A stretch of DNA of 64,000 nt from an uncultured Thermoplasmata archaeon (GTDB taxonomy: Archaea; Thermoplasmatota; Thermoplasmata; RBG-16-68-12): NCBI GenBank assembly GCA_963768855.1, contig CAVYJM010000006.1, positions 896,001-960,000 of the forward strand, in the 5' to 3' direction. The notes under the pieces are model-generated. The model saw only the letters and a program-made list of their open reading frames with translations. It was not told the origin of the DNA and ran no database searches. Position numbers and translations under genes: made by a program. Positions 28,291-37,789 of the stretch are shown here, one piece after another; the first letter of the stretch is position 1, and each line of letters opens with the position of its first letter.

Positions 28291-28363
28291 GTTCCTCTTC
28301 CTCGTTCGGACGGCCGAAGTGGCGCGGTTCCTTAAAGGTTGGCCGAAAAACCACCCAAGGGTA

Positions 28364-28479
28364 TGCGGGGGATGGGATTTTCCGCCCGGCGCCTCTGGAC
28401 GCGGGGCCTTTGAACCCATGAACTCCTTCGAGACGGGATTTTAAGTCCCGCGCCGTTGTTCTAGCTTGGCTACCCCCGC
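28364..28479 (-). tRNA. tRNA-Leu(TAA) with a 31-nt intron in the T-loop (59/60; intron 28378-28408)
   Basis: GCGGGGG/CCCCCGC-A acceptor stem, CGGGA-CTTAAAA-TCCCG anticodon arm, long variable arm, ATGGG-TTCAAA[intron]T-CCCAT; spliced length 85 nt. Confidence 0.9.
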
Positions 28480-28628
28480 GCGCCGCGCATCGGACCTGCC
28501 GTATAATGCCTTTGGGGTGACCGTGTCCGGGGACGGGCGGGAGCAGCAACTACCGTACGGGGGTGACTCCTGTCCGGAAGGCGGAGGCTCCGCGAGCCTT
28601 TATTACGCGCCGGAGGGGTGCCCCGCTC

Positions 28629-29393
28629 ATGGGGCGACTCGCCGGCAGGACAGCGATCGTGACCGGCGGGAGCGGAGGAATCGGCCGGGCCACGGCTCTC
28701 GCATTCGCGCAGGAAGGCGCCGACGTGGTGGTTCAGTATCGCGGCGGCCAGAAGAGCGCCGAGGAGACCGCCAGAGCCATCCAGGCACTCGGCCGGAAGG
28801 GCCTTCCGCTCTCTGCGGACGTCTCCGATCCTGCATCCTGTCGACGGCTGGTCGAGGAGGTCCTGAAGCAGCTCCCTGCGATCGACATCCTCGTGTGCAC
28901 CGCGGGCCACCCGTTCCGTCGCGAGGAATGGTTCAAGGAGTTCACATCCCTGAGCCCGGAGGAGATCCGCCGTCCGCTCGACGTGGACCTCCTCGGGTCC
29001 GTCTTCATGGCCCAGGCGGTCCTCCCCGGCATGACTCGACAACGCCGCGGCAGCCTCGTCCTCATCGGTTCGACACCCGCGCTCACCGGCGATGTCGTCG
29101 GCATTCCTTACCTCATCGCGAAGGCAGGCCTCCTGGCCTTGACGAGGGCACTCGCCCAGAAGTACGGCCCGGACGGCATCCGCGTGAATGCCCTCGCGCT
29201 CGGGAGCATCGACACGGAGGCGATGGCGGGCCTCTCCGACGCGGACCGGGCGGCGCTCGCCGAGGAGCCCGCCTTGAAGCGGCGGGGGACGCCTGAGGAG
29301 GTCGCGCACGCGATCGCCTTCCTGGCCTCGGACGACGCATCCTACGTCACGGGCCAGACGCTGGTCGTGGACGGCGGCTACGCACTCCGGTGA
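28629..29393 (+). CDS. Short-chain dehydrogenase/reductase
   Basis: TGGSGGIG, YLIAK (YxxxK), IRVNAL, YVTGQTLVVDGG. Confidence 0.95.
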   Translation: MGRLAGRTAIVTGGSGGIGRATALAFAQEGADVVVQYRGGQKSAEETARAIQALGRKGLPLSADVSDPASCRRLVEEVLKQLPAIDILVCTAGHPFRREEWFKEFTSLSPEEIRRPLDVDLLGSVFMAQAVLPGMTRQRRGSLVLIGSTPALTGDVVGIPYLIAKAGLLALTRALAQKYGPDGIRVNALALGSIDTEAMAGLSDADRAALAEEPALKRRGTPEEVAHAIAFLASDDASYVTGQTLVVDGGYALR

Positions 29394-29402
29394 CCGCGGA
29401 CG

Positions 29403-29663
29403 TCAACGGGCCGTGGTCTCGCCGCCCTCGAGGGCGTAGGTCATCTGCTCGTTACACGCATGGCAGGTGACGACGAGCTTCGGCCCGCCGCCCCGGAACT
29501 GCTCGTGAACGATCCAGTGACAGCGGCCGCAGCGGGAGACGAGGCGGATCTCCTCCTGATGGCCCCGAACCCGGAGGAACAATCCTTCGTCCGTGCTGCG
29601 CCAGCCTTTGACCACGAAGCCCAGGGACTCGTCAAACGGGACGTCGCGCACCACGGCCGTCAC
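29403..29663 (-). CDS. Small zinc-ribbon hypothetical protein
   Basis: CGRC...CHAC; start codon uncertain. Confidence 0.55.
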   Translation of the reverse strand: MTAVVRDVPFDESLGFVVKGWRSTDEGLFLRVRGHQEEIRLVSRCGRCHWIVHEQFRGGGPKLVVTCHACNEQMTYALEGGETTAR

Positions 29664-29691
29664 GACCGTGTCGCCATGGATGCCGCGCCAC

Positions 29692-30237
29692 TTACGCTTT
29701 GCCCCGCGCTGCTGGGTAAGTGATGCGTCCCCCGCGGACCTTCGCGAACGGCGCGAGCTCGTGTTCCTGCGTCTTCCCCGGCGATAAGATGTGGAGGACG
29801 CGCACGCGCCGGACGACGAGGGCATCGGAGAGGAGCCCGCGGTGGCATCGCCAGGGCACCGCCTCGGCGCACATGATCGCGGTCCTCCGCTCCTTCGCGA
29901 GGGCAACCAGGCGGTCCAGGGCCGTCCGGAAGGCATCCGTCTCCATGTAGTCCGCGTAGCCACGGAACCCCGTGTTCCTCCATCCTGTGTTCGGGGAATC
30001 AGGCCGGGGCTTGCGGTATCCTCCGAGGTCTACGAGGTGCTCGTAGGCGAGGCCCGCCTCTCGCAGGTTCGCGGCGAGGACGGGCTGGTTCGTCCACGGC
30101 ACACGGGCCGAGGCCGGGTAGTGGCGCACGTCGACGAGGAGGGCGATCTCGTGCTCCCGCAGGAGGGCGAGGAAGTCCTCCCATGTGCGAGTCGAGTGGC
30201 CCAGGGTCCAGAGAGTAGCTTCCGCAGGGACGAGCAT
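29692..30237 (-). CDS. DUF488 family protein
   Basis: TLGHSTR, LVDVRHYP, LGGYRK, AIMCAEAVPWRCHR. Confidence 0.9.
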   Translation of the reverse strand: MLVPAEATLWTLGHSTRTWEDFLALLREHEIALLVDVRHYPASARVPWTNQPVLAANLREAGLAYEHLVDLGGYRKPRPDSPNTGWRNTGFRGYADYMETDAFRTALDRLVALAKERRTAIMCAEAVPWRCHRGLLSDALVVRRVRVLHILSPGKTQEHELAPFAKVRGGRITYPAARGKA

Positions 30238-30283
30238 GGCGCGGGCGCACGGAACGCGCGTCGGCCGGATGAAGGTGCGCGCG

Positions 30284-30631
30284 TCAGCGGTACGTCTGGC
30301 ACCGCGAGCAATACCAGCGTCCGTACTGGGGCACCCAGGAGAGCGGCGAGCTGCAGACCGGGCAGAGGGGCTGGCTGTACTGGGCCTGGCCCGGCGGCGC
30401 GGGCATGCCCGCCGCGGGCGGCTCGGGCGGATACGCGTACGGCGGGCTCGAGGGATACCCGTAGCCCGGGGCCGCGTATTGGTGCGACCTCGACTGGGCC
30501 GTCGCCACGAAGACAATCCCGATGATGAGAAGGAGAATGCCGATGCCGCAGATCGGCCAGAAGAGGAAGCCGACGGCCATGAGGACCACCCCGAGCACGA
30601 CGAACACGATCCCGATTTCCTCGTCCGGCAT
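30284..30631 (-). CDS. Two-TM protein with Pro-rich linker and C-terminal zinc ribbon
   Basis: Hydrophobic hairpin, PYAYPP linker, CPVC...WYCSRC. Confidence 0.75.
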   Translation of the reverse strand: MPDEEIGIVFVVLGVVLMAVGFLFWPICGIGILLLIIGIVFVATAQSRSHQYAAPGYGYPSSPPYAYPPEPPAAGMPAPPGQAQYSQPLCPVCSSPLSWVPQYGRWYCSRCQTYR

Positions 30632-30703
30632 GAAACCCCTGCCGCGTCGGCATCGCCCGGGAGCCATAAATACGTGGGGAGGCGGAGCCTCGGAGTATCC
30701 GCC

Positions 30704-30949
30704 CTACGCGACGTTCACCGGCCGGACGGTCGAGCCCAACAGGGAACGGCGGCAGGTGCACTCCCGAGCGGCCCCGCATCCGATGCAGAAGAACTCATGC
30801 TTCTCGATGTCGAACGCGACCGAAGACCCGCAGCCGCAGGCCGTGGGCTTCAGGATGCGCCGTGCACGGACTTCGCGGTGGCGGACCGCGGGGACCGACA
30901 CCGCAGCGGAACCGGACGATCTCAGGCTCTCCTCGACCATGTGGATCAC
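30704..30949 (-). CDS. Small Cys-rich hypothetical protein
   Basis: CGCG...CIGCG...CTC. Confidence 0.55.
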   Translation of the reverse strand: MIHMVEESLRSSGSAAVSVPAVRHREVRARRILKPTACGCGSSVAFDIEKHEFFCIGCGAARECTCRRSLLGSTVRPVNVA

Positions 30950-31049
30950 CGGGCTGGTTGCCTGCTATTATTTTCCACGAGCTCCTATAAAAACCTGACG
31001 CGGGTTGCCCCCAGCCGACGGGTTCGCCCCCGCTCGGAAGCCAGGGATC

Positions 31050-32753
31050 CTATGTCTTCCGGACCTCTTCGTAGAAGTACTCGTCCGGTCCCTTCTCGAG
31101 ACCCGAGCGGGCCTCGACCTCCTTCGACCGCAACTCGATTCGGCGGATTTTGCCGCTGATCGTCTTCGGCAGCTCCGTCACGAACTCGATGATCTTCGGG
31201 GCCTTGTACGGCGCCAGGTTCGTCCGGGTGAACTGGAAGAGGTCGTCCGCCAGGGCGCGCGACCCCGCGTGTCCCGGACGCAGGACCACGAAGGCCTTCA
31301 CGACATTCCCGCGGATGGGGTGGGGGCTGCCCACGACGGCGGCTTCGGCCACCGCCGGATGCTCGAGCAGAGCGCTCTCGACCTCGAACGGCCCGATCCG
31401 GTAGTCGGACGCCTTGATCACATCGTCCGTCCGGCCGACGAACCAGAGGCGTCCCTCCGGGTCGCGGAAGGCCCGGTCCCCGGTCCGGTAGAGGTTGTTC
31501 GCGAACACCTGCGCATACCGGTCCGCGTCTGGGCCCACGTACCTTGCGAACAGGCCGATGGGGCGCGGGTCGAGGCGGACGGCGATGTCGCCCTCCTCGT
31601 CTGTGGGGACCTCGGTTCCGTGCTCGTCCACGAGCAGGACGTCGTACAGGAACGACGGGCGACCCATGGAGCCCAGCTTCACCTCGTCCCCCGGGAGGTT
31701 GCCGACCATGAGGGTGCTCTCCGTCTGCCCGTAGCCGTCGCGGATTGTGAGGCCGGTAGCCAGGCGCCACGCCACGATGACCTCCGGGTTGAGCGGCTCT
31801 CCCGCGCTCACGACCTCTCGCAGGCTGAACCGGTATTTCGGCAGGTCCTCGAGGACGAACATCCGCCACACCGTCGGCGCCGAGCAGAAGGTCGTGACCT
31901 TGTGGTCTTGGATCGCCGCGAGGTGCTTCGACGCAACGAAGCGGCCGGCGTAGCCGTACGCAAAGACGGTGGCCCCGACCGTGAGCGGGGCGAAGAAGGA
32001 GCTCCACGCGAACTTGGCCCAACCCGGCTGGCTGATGTTGTAGTGGACGTCCCCCGAACGGACGCCGATCCAGGCGGCGGTCGCGAGGTGGCCGATCGGG
32101 TAGCTGGCGTGGGTGTGGACGACCATCTTCGGAAGACCCGTCGTCCCGGACGTGAAGAAGATCAGGAGGGTGTCGCTCGATCGCGTCCGTTCCGCCTCCG
32201 CGCTCTCGGGATAGCGGGAGATTTCGGAGGCTCCCAGCCATCCGGGTCGTTGGTCTCCAGCCAGGATCTTGACCGTCGCGGTCTTCCCCCGGCTCTTCTC
32301 CGCCGCGTCGATCTTCTCCGCGCTCGCCGCATCGGCGAGGACGGCCGCGGGCTGGAGCTGGGAGAACCGGTACGCGATGTCCTTCTCGGTCAGGATCGTA
32401 GCGGCGGGGACGAGGACGAAGCCGCCCTTAATCGCCGCGTAATAGCTGAACCAGACCTCGGGGACCACGGGGAGCATCACGAAGACCGTGTCGCCCTTCC
32501 GCAGGCCGTGCTCGCGCAGAAGGTTCAGGAGCTGATTGCCCCGCGCGGCGAGCTCCGCAAAGCTGAAACGGTGCGCCCGTTCCGCCTCGTCCAGGTAGAG
32601 GAGGGCCGTCTCGGAACCCCGCTCGGTCGTGTAGAGCGGCTCGAAGAGGTTCGACGCCCAATTGAAGAACTCCGGGATTGCCGGTCGGGCCCGGCGCAAC
32701 GAGTCGTAGTCCTGGACCTGGATCAGCTGGAGGGCGTCGAGGACGTCAGTCAC
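31050..32753 (-). CDS. Acyl-CoA synthetase (AMP-forming, ACSM-like)
   Basis: FFTSGTTGLPK, DGYGQTE, YRTGD, GRTDDVIK, LPKTISGKIRR. Confidence 0.95.
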   Translation of the reverse strand: MTDVLDALQLIQVQDYDSLRRARPAIPEFFNWASNLFEPLYTTERGSETALLYLDEAERAHRFSFAELAARGNQLLNLLREHGLRKGDTVFVMLPVVPEVWFSYYAAIKGGFVLVPAATILTEKDIAYRFSQLQPAAVLADAASAEKIDAAEKSRGKTATVKILAGDQRPGWLGASEISRYPESAEAERTRSSDTLLIFFTSGTTGLPKMVVHTHASYPIGHLATAAWIGVRSGDVHYNISQPGWAKFAWSSFFAPLTVGATVFAYGYAGRFVASKHLAAIQDHKVTTFCSAPTVWRMFVLEDLPKYRFSLREVVSAGEPLNPEVIVAWRLATGLTIRDGYGQTESTLMVGNLPGDEVKLGSMGRPSFLYDVLLVDEHGTEVPTDEEGDIAVRLDPRPIGLFARYVGPDADRYAQVFANNLYRTGDRAFRDPEGRLWFVGRTDDVIKASDYRIGPFEVESALLEHPAVAEAAVVGSPHPIRGNVVKAFVVLRPGHAGSRALADDLFQFTRTNLAPYKAPKIIEFVTELPKTISGKIRRIELRSKEVEARSGLEKGPDEYFYEEVRKT

Positions 32754-33026
32754 GAAGGCTGGACGACGGCATCAGGGACTTGATGTTTTTGTCTTGTCGA
32801 GCACGGGTCCTCGGCGGGACGCGGCGGTCCGCGGCGCCGGTTCCGGTTGGGTTCTGGACGCACCGGTGGCGGTCGTGGTCATCCCATTCATCGTATGTCA
32901 AGTCGCGTACATGGAGGCCGTCTATCGTCGTCGGTTGATTGTCTGAAACGGGAGCCGCACCGGGAAGCATTCGCTTCGTTGTTCGAGATCGCGTGAGCTG
33001 TGCCCCGTCTCCCCCGAGCGGAGACG

Positions 33027-33320
33027 CTACGTCCCTCGAAGCCGACGATACGCGAAGACGCTTACGATGACAAGCACCATCGACACGAGGTACCAGAACA
33101 CCACGTCGATGAGGAGGGAAACCAGCACGAACTCCGCCGATCCCAAAGGACCTCCCGGCATGTAGGCGTAGCACTGGGCGTAGAAGTACCGCGGATAGCC
33201 GATGACGGTCCCGCCCTCGATGCACATCGTGGACTTTAGGTATGCCGTGGAGAGGCCGAAGAACAAGGCAAAGAGGACAAGGGTGGGGATTTGCCACGTA
33301 AGGTACTCACTGGGTCTCAT
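33027..33320 (-). CDS. Small two-TM hypothetical protein
   Basis: Two hydrophobic segments around a GYP-containing loop with two Cys. Confidence 0.6.
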   Translation of the reverse strand: MRPSEYLTWQIPTLVLFALFFGLSTAYLKSTMCIEGGTVIGYPRYFYAQCYAYMPGGPLGSAEFVLVSLLIDVVFWYLVSMVLVIVSVFAYRRLRGT

Positions 33321-33617
33321 CGTCCGTCCGGAGGCGAATCAGCTTCTCCGCGCATAATCCCTCGGAATCCGTTAGGTGACCACAGGACGAGTGCCCCCGC
33401 GCGTCGGCACGAGCGTCCGGAAGGGCCATGCCGACGCTGGCCGTGGGTGCGGCTGCCGGAAGGGTCCTGCGGGGAAGCATGTTCGCGAAAGGGGAGTTGC
33501 CCCTCCTCATTCCCTCGAGGGATACGCGAAACCATTCAAGCGCGTCCCAAGGCCATCCCCCTGGGGCGTTGGACCCCGGGCTCCAGGGGCTCGCCCTAGG
33601 AAATGAAAGCCCTGCCG

Positions 33618-34031
33618 CTAGCGCCGGTCCGTACCCTTCGTCCTAGGGTCGTCCTTCGGGTTCGCGTAGAAGATGTCGAATGGCTTCGACCCATAGGCCA
33701 GGAAGATGCACTCCCCCGGAGTGTGAGCCACGTACCGCATGTCTCCAGGCAGGAAGAAGAAGCCTCCCTCCCGGATGGCCACGTTAGGCCGGCCGTCGCG
33801 GCGGATTGTCATGGAGCCTTTCATGAGCACCACCGCCACGTCGTTCGTGTGCCAGTGGGTGGGCACGGTGAATCCCGCGGGGAACCGGGCGATGAACGCG
33901 TACTCGCCCTCCGTCGGGTCCCCGTGCACCGTGGCCGAAGATGCACCAGGGGGCAGCGCTTCCTTCGGCTCCCATTCGAATTCCGAAGGGTTCACGACTA
34001 CCATTGGATCGTCAGTTGACTTACCTTCCAT
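33618..34031 (-). CDS. Cupin domain protein (DUF4437-like)
   Basis: HGDPT...FPAGFTVPTHWHT...LPGDMRYVAH; GGGGAG SD. Confidence 0.85.
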   Translation of the reverse strand: MEGKSTDDPMVVVNPSEFEWEPKEALPPGASSATVHGDPTEGEYAFIARFPAGFTVPTHWHTNDVAVVLMKGSMTIRRDGRPNVAIREGGFFFLPGDMRYVAHTPGECIFLAYGSKPFDIFYANPKDDPRTKGTDRR

Positions 34032-34240
34032 GAACTCCCCTTGGGTCGCCACTAATGCGAGAGGCTCTCATTAATCCTGCGAAGACTCGGACGAAGCAGC
34101 CTTCCTCGCCAACTGAAAGAGTGCGGGAGGGACTCAAGAGCGAATAGCCCAGGGTTGGGTGCAAGGGGGCACCCTCAGAGCCTCGCCAGCCCGACGGACC
34201 GGCAAGCTGGGACCCAATTGGTATTACCCCGTGAGAAGAA

Positions 34241-34354
34241 TGGGTCCGTCCGGATTTGAACCGGAGTCGCCAGCACCCCAAGCTGGTAGGATTTCTTGTG
34301 GGTGGGCAGGCCGACGAGGGCCCCCGCACGCAAACCAAGCTACCCCACGGACCC
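34241..34354 (-). tRNA. tRNA-Pro(GGG) with a 41-nt intron in the D-loop (20/21; intron 34293-34333)
   Basis: GGGTCCG/CGGACCC-A acceptor stem, CCAGC-TTGGGGT-GCTGG anticodon arm, TCCGG-TTCAAAT-CCGGA T arm; spliced length 73 nt; lies after rpoN. Confidence 0.9.
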
Positions 34355-34417
34355 GCGGGCGTCCTCGAACGGTTGCCGAGCTAAATAGTTTCTAGTCCGT
34401 CCCGGCGGTTCGGGCTC

Positions 34418-34609
34418 TCAACCAAAGGGGGCGACCTCGTCGATCAGTTCGGCGTGGGAGAGGATCATCCGGCGGCAACAGTACCGCGTGAGGCCCAGCT
34501 CGTCGAGGACCTTCCGCGGTTCCTCGCCGTTCCGGGTGCGCTCGACGAAGGGCTGCCATGCACTGGAGACGACCTTCCCACAGGTGAAGCAACGGACGGG
34601 GATGATCAT
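34418..34609 (-). CDS. rpoN: RNA polymerase subunit N (Rpo10)
   Basis: [11 protein letters not shown]...RYCCRRM. Confidence 0.97.
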   Translation of the reverse strand: MIIPVRCFTCGKVVSSAWQPFVERTRNGEEPRKVLDELGLTRYCCRRMILSHAELIDEVAPFG

Positions 34610-34613
34610 GGAC

Positions 34614-35015
34614 TCACCGGTACGACTTCTGGCGCTTCTTGCGCGCGCCCCGGCCGAGGGGCTTCTTCGGCAGCTTCCGCCGGGTGTCGGGCACGATCAG
34701 CGTGCGGTCGTATTCGCGGAAGAGGAGCTCGAGGTCCTGGTCGTTGAGGTACTGAACGAGGCCCCGCGCGATCGCAGTGCGGACCGCGTCCGCCTGCCCC
34801 ATCACGCCGCCTCCCTGGACATTGACGTTGATGTCGACCGTCTCGGCCTTCTTGCCCGCGAGCTTGAGCGGCTCGAGGATCTTCATCCGGGCGAGCTCGT
34901 GGGGGAAGATCTCGACGGGAACGCTGTTCACGCGGACAATGCCCCGCCCCTTCGTGAGGCTGGCCCGGGCCACCGCCGTCTTCCTCTTCCCGCTCGCCAC
35001 GACCGCCTTCGCCAT
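34614..35015 (-). CDS. rps9: 30S ribosomal protein uS9
   Basis: [30 protein letters not shown]. Confidence 0.97.
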   Translation of the reverse strand: MAKAVVASGKRKTAVARASLTKGRGIVRVNSVPVEIFPHELARMKILEPLKLAGKKAETVDINVNVQGGGVMGQADAVRTAIARGLVQYLNDQDLELLFREYDRTLIVPDTRRKLPKKPLGRGARKKRQKSYR

Positions 35016-35023
35016 GATGACAC

Positions 35024-35455
35024 CTAGAACTTGGAGCCGAGCATCCGGGAGATTTCTCCCAGGCTCATGACGGGTCCCTGCGGAGGCCGCTTCGCCGTCG
35101 CGATGGTCTCGAACGGTCCCGCCTTGTACTCCGCGGGGACGTCCATGTAGACGCGGAGGCGTTTCAACGCTTCCCTCCCGCGGGCCTGCTGGTGCGGCAC
35201 CATCCGACTAATCGTCCTCCGGAGGATCATGTCCGGACGCCGCGGGAACAGGGGCCCGACGCCGCGCATGCGGCTTGCCGTGCTCCCGAGCTCCCGCTTG
35301 TGCTTGTAGACATTGAAGACCCTGCTTCGCTTCCCGGTGATGATCGTCTTCTCCGCGTTGACGATGACGATCTCCTCGCCGCGCAGGATGCGCTTCGCGA
35401 CCTCGGAGGAGAGCCGACCGAGCACGTGACCGGTGCCGTCGATGATGACCGCCAT
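35024..35455 (-). CDS. rpl13: 50S ribosomal protein uL13
   Basis: IIDGTGHVLGRLSS, IVNAEK, PRRPDMILRRTI. Confidence 0.95.
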   Translation of the reverse strand: MAVIIDGTGHVLGRLSSEVAKRILRGEEIVIVNAEKTIITGKRSRVFNVYKHKRELGSTASRMRGVGPLFPRRPDMILRRTISRMVPHQQARGREALKRLRVYMDVPAEYKAGPFETIATAKRPPQGPVMSLGEISRMLGSKF

Positions 35456-35457
35456 GC

Positions 35458-35820
35458 TTACCCCAGGATCCGGACGCCGCTGCCCTTCGGGTTCTGGACC
35501 GCGAGCTCGAGGAGGCTCACGGATCGCCCGCCGGCCGCCTCGACCTTCTTCCGCGCGGCCGCGGAGGCGCGGAACGCCGCGACGGTCACCGGAACGCTCA
35601 GGTCTCCCGTTGCGAGCAGGACGCCCGGCACGACGAGCTGCTCGCCCTTCGCGGCGTAGCGGCTGACGCGCGAGAGGTTGACCTCGGACCAGTTCTTGCG
35701 CGAGCGCTCCAGCCGGTCCGCCACATCCCGCCAGATCGCGACCCCGTTCTCGCGGGAGAGCTCCCGCAGCTCGTGCACGACCCGGGTGAGTTGAGAGTTC
35801 GTCTTGGGGGTCCTGGCCAT
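35458..35820 (-). CDS. rpl18e: 50S ribosomal protein eL18
   Basis: KTNSQL, IWRDVA, EVNLSRV, VVPG, SAAARKK. Confidence 0.95.
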   Translation of the reverse strand: MARTPKTNSQLTRVVHELRELSRENGVAIWRDVADRLERSRKNWSEVNLSRVSRYAAKGEQLVVPGVLLATGDLSVPVTVAAFRASAAARKKVEAAGGRSVSLLELAVQNPKGSGVRILG

Positions 35821-36074
35821 GAGAAGGGGCCTCGCGAAGCGGCGTTAAACCCGTGCCCGATATAAAGGTTTGGGCGCGCTCCTCTGGAGGACGCATCGCG
35901 CCGCTCGCGCCGAAAGGTTCTCGTGCTCGCGCGCCTTGCGGGCCGGAGAGGCGTGGAGTGTTGCATCTTTTTCCGAGTCCGCGTTCCGCCCGGCCCGTTC
36001 GCGTCCGCAAAACTATTAGTATCATCCAGTGCAGAATAATAGTCCTTGGCTGAGGGCGCACCGGCGGTTCCGAC

Positions 36075-37166
36075 ATGATCCGATTTGGCCCCTCGGGGAT
36101 CCCCTTGTCCTGCAAAGGCCGCACCCTGCGGGACGGGATCGAGGACATTCACAATCTCGGACTGACCGCGATGGAGGTCCAGCTCGTCCGCGTGAACCTG
36201 AACGAGCGCTACGCGGGCGACGAGGACATCGGTCACACTCCGCGGGAGATTCCGGGCGAGCTCGTCGTGCAGATCGGGCGGAAGGAGGACCGCAAGGAGG
36301 TCCTCTTGTCGAACCTCCACGAGAAGATCCAGAAGGGCGACACGCTCTACAGCCTGGCCTCGGGCGTCGCGCGGGACTACCTCGAGCTCGAAGATCTGGG
36401 CATCCTGGCGCGGGAGCTCGACATCGAGCTCTCCCTGCATACGCCGTACTACATGGACCTCGCGGACGCGGACGGCCTCGCGGAGAAGAGCATGCAGAGC
36501 GTCATGTGGGCGGGCATGCTCGCGCAGGCGATGAACGCCTCGATGGTCATCACCCACCTGGGCATGTTCGGCGAGGTGGACCATAAGGTCGCCCTCGACG
36601 CGATCCAGAAGAATCTCCGCACGCTCCGCGACTCGTATCGGAAGGCGAAGATCCACGCGCGCCTCGGGATCGAGGCGAGCGGTCGCCAGGAGGTCGTGGG
36701 CAGCTTGGATGAGATCCTGAAGCTCACCAAGAACGTGAAGGGGATCGCCCCCGTCCTGAACTTCGCGCACGTACACGCGCGCGGCTTCGGGCTCTTCAAG
36801 CGGCCCGAGGACTTCGACGACGTTCTCGGCAGGGTGGAGAAGATCGCGGACGACGGGCATCTCCACACGCACTTCTCCGGCGTCGAGCACGCGGACGGCA
36901 ACGAGCTGCGGTACACGCCGATCAAGAAGGGGGACCTGCGGTTCGAGCCCCTCGCCGAGTGCCTCCTGGACGAGGACTACGACCTCACGATTGTCTCGTC
37001 CTCCCCGCTCCTCGAGCACGACGCGATGTACATGAAGGTCATCCTCGAGCGCGTCCTCGCCAAGCGCTTGATCCGACCCACGAAGCCGGAGACCGAGGAG
37101 AAGCCGGAGAGGCCCGAACGACCGGAGCGACCGGAGAAGCCGGAGCGGGAGACCCGGAGGCGATGA
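36075..37166 (+). CDS. Endonuclease IV-like TIM-barrel protein (AP endonuclease family 2)
   Basis: MIRFGPSG, LHTPYY, IEASG, NFAHVHAR, HTHFSG; low-complexity (ERP)n tail. Confidence 0.8.
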   Translation: MIRFGPSGIPLSCKGRTLRDGIEDIHNLGLTAMEVQLVRVNLNERYAGDEDIGHTPREIPGELVVQIGRKEDRKEVLLSNLHEKIQKGDTLYSLASGVARDYLELEDLGILARELDIELSLHTPYYMDLADADGLAEKSMQSVMWAGMLAQAMNASMVITHLGMFGEVDHKVALDAIQKNLRTLRDSYRKAKIHARLGIEASGRQEVVGSLDEILKLTKNVKGIAPVLNFAHVHARGFGLFKRPEDFDDVLGRVEKIADDGHLHTHFSGVEHADGNELRYTPIKKGDLRFEPLAECLLDEDYDLTIVSSSPLLEHDAMYMKVILERVLAKRLIRPTKPETEEKPERPERPERPEKPERETRRR

Positions 37167-37732
37167 GCGCCGTCGTGCCGACGAAGGGCGCCGCTGCGGA
37201 GGCGTACGCGTTCCTCGTCGAGCATCTCGCCAGAGTGCTCGGCGCGGACCGCACGCAGGAGATCGGCGAGACCGTGGACATCGTCGTCTCCGCGAAGCAC
37301 GTCTTCGTGTACGGGGTCGGGCGCAGCGGGCTCGCCGCGCGCGCGTTCGCGATGCGGCTCGTCCAGCTCGGGATCGACTGCTACTTCATCGGGGAGACGA
37401 TCACCCCTGTGGTGCGAGACGGGGACGCCGTCCTGATCGTCTCGAACACGGGCGCCACGATGAGCGCGAACCAGGTCGCAAACATCGCGCGCCGCGTCGG
37501 GGCGAAGGTCATCTCCGTGACGGGAGTTCGCGGGTCGAAGCTGTCCCACGCGAGCAACATCGTCCTCCTGCTCCAGGCGAACGGCGGCGCGGAGCAATCG
37601 CGGCTCGCGCCCCTGGGCACCCTGTTCGAGGACGCGTGCCTCATCCTCCTCGACGGGATCGTGGCCCAGGTCATGGAACGCCTCCGACAAACGGAGGCCG
37701 ACATGCGGGCCCGCCACGCCATCATGGTCTGA
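37163..37732 (+). CDS. hxlB: 6-phospho-3-hexuloisomerase (SIS domain)
   Basis: YGVGRSGL...FAMRL, GETITP, LAPLGTLFE, MRARHA. Confidence 0.85.
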   Translation: MSAVVPTKGAAAEAYAFLVEHLARVLGADRTQEIGETVDIVVSAKHVFVYGVGRSGLAARAFAMRLVQLGIDCYFIGETITPVVRDGDAVLIVSNTGATMSANQVANIARRVGAKVISVTGVRGSKLSHASNIVLLLQANGGAEQSRLAPLGTLFEDACLILLDGIVAQVMERLRQTEADMRARHAIMV

Positions 37733-37789
37733 GCGCGGACCGCGAAGACGGCGAACGCTTAAGCTTCCGAAAGGGGTGGAGGGAGTGCG

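Noticed and set aside
32746-32971. Short minus-strand ORF upstream of the acyl-CoA synthetase
   Set aside because: Atypical codon usage, no SD, no recognisable motif
33311-33332. 11-nt match GTCCGTCCGGA to the tRNA-Pro 3' end as a possible att site
   Set aside because: Too short for GC-rich DNA and no integrase; compatible with chance
33401-33600. SRP RNA or RNase P RNA
   Set aside because: CCGGAAGGG is present but not the AGCA SRP loop, and the RNase P GAGGAAAGUCC landmark is absent; kept only as an unassigned structure
37085-37160. (ERP/EKP)n tandem repeat at the end of the endonuclease IV-like gene
   Set aside because: In-frame low-complexity tail, not a DNA repeat element
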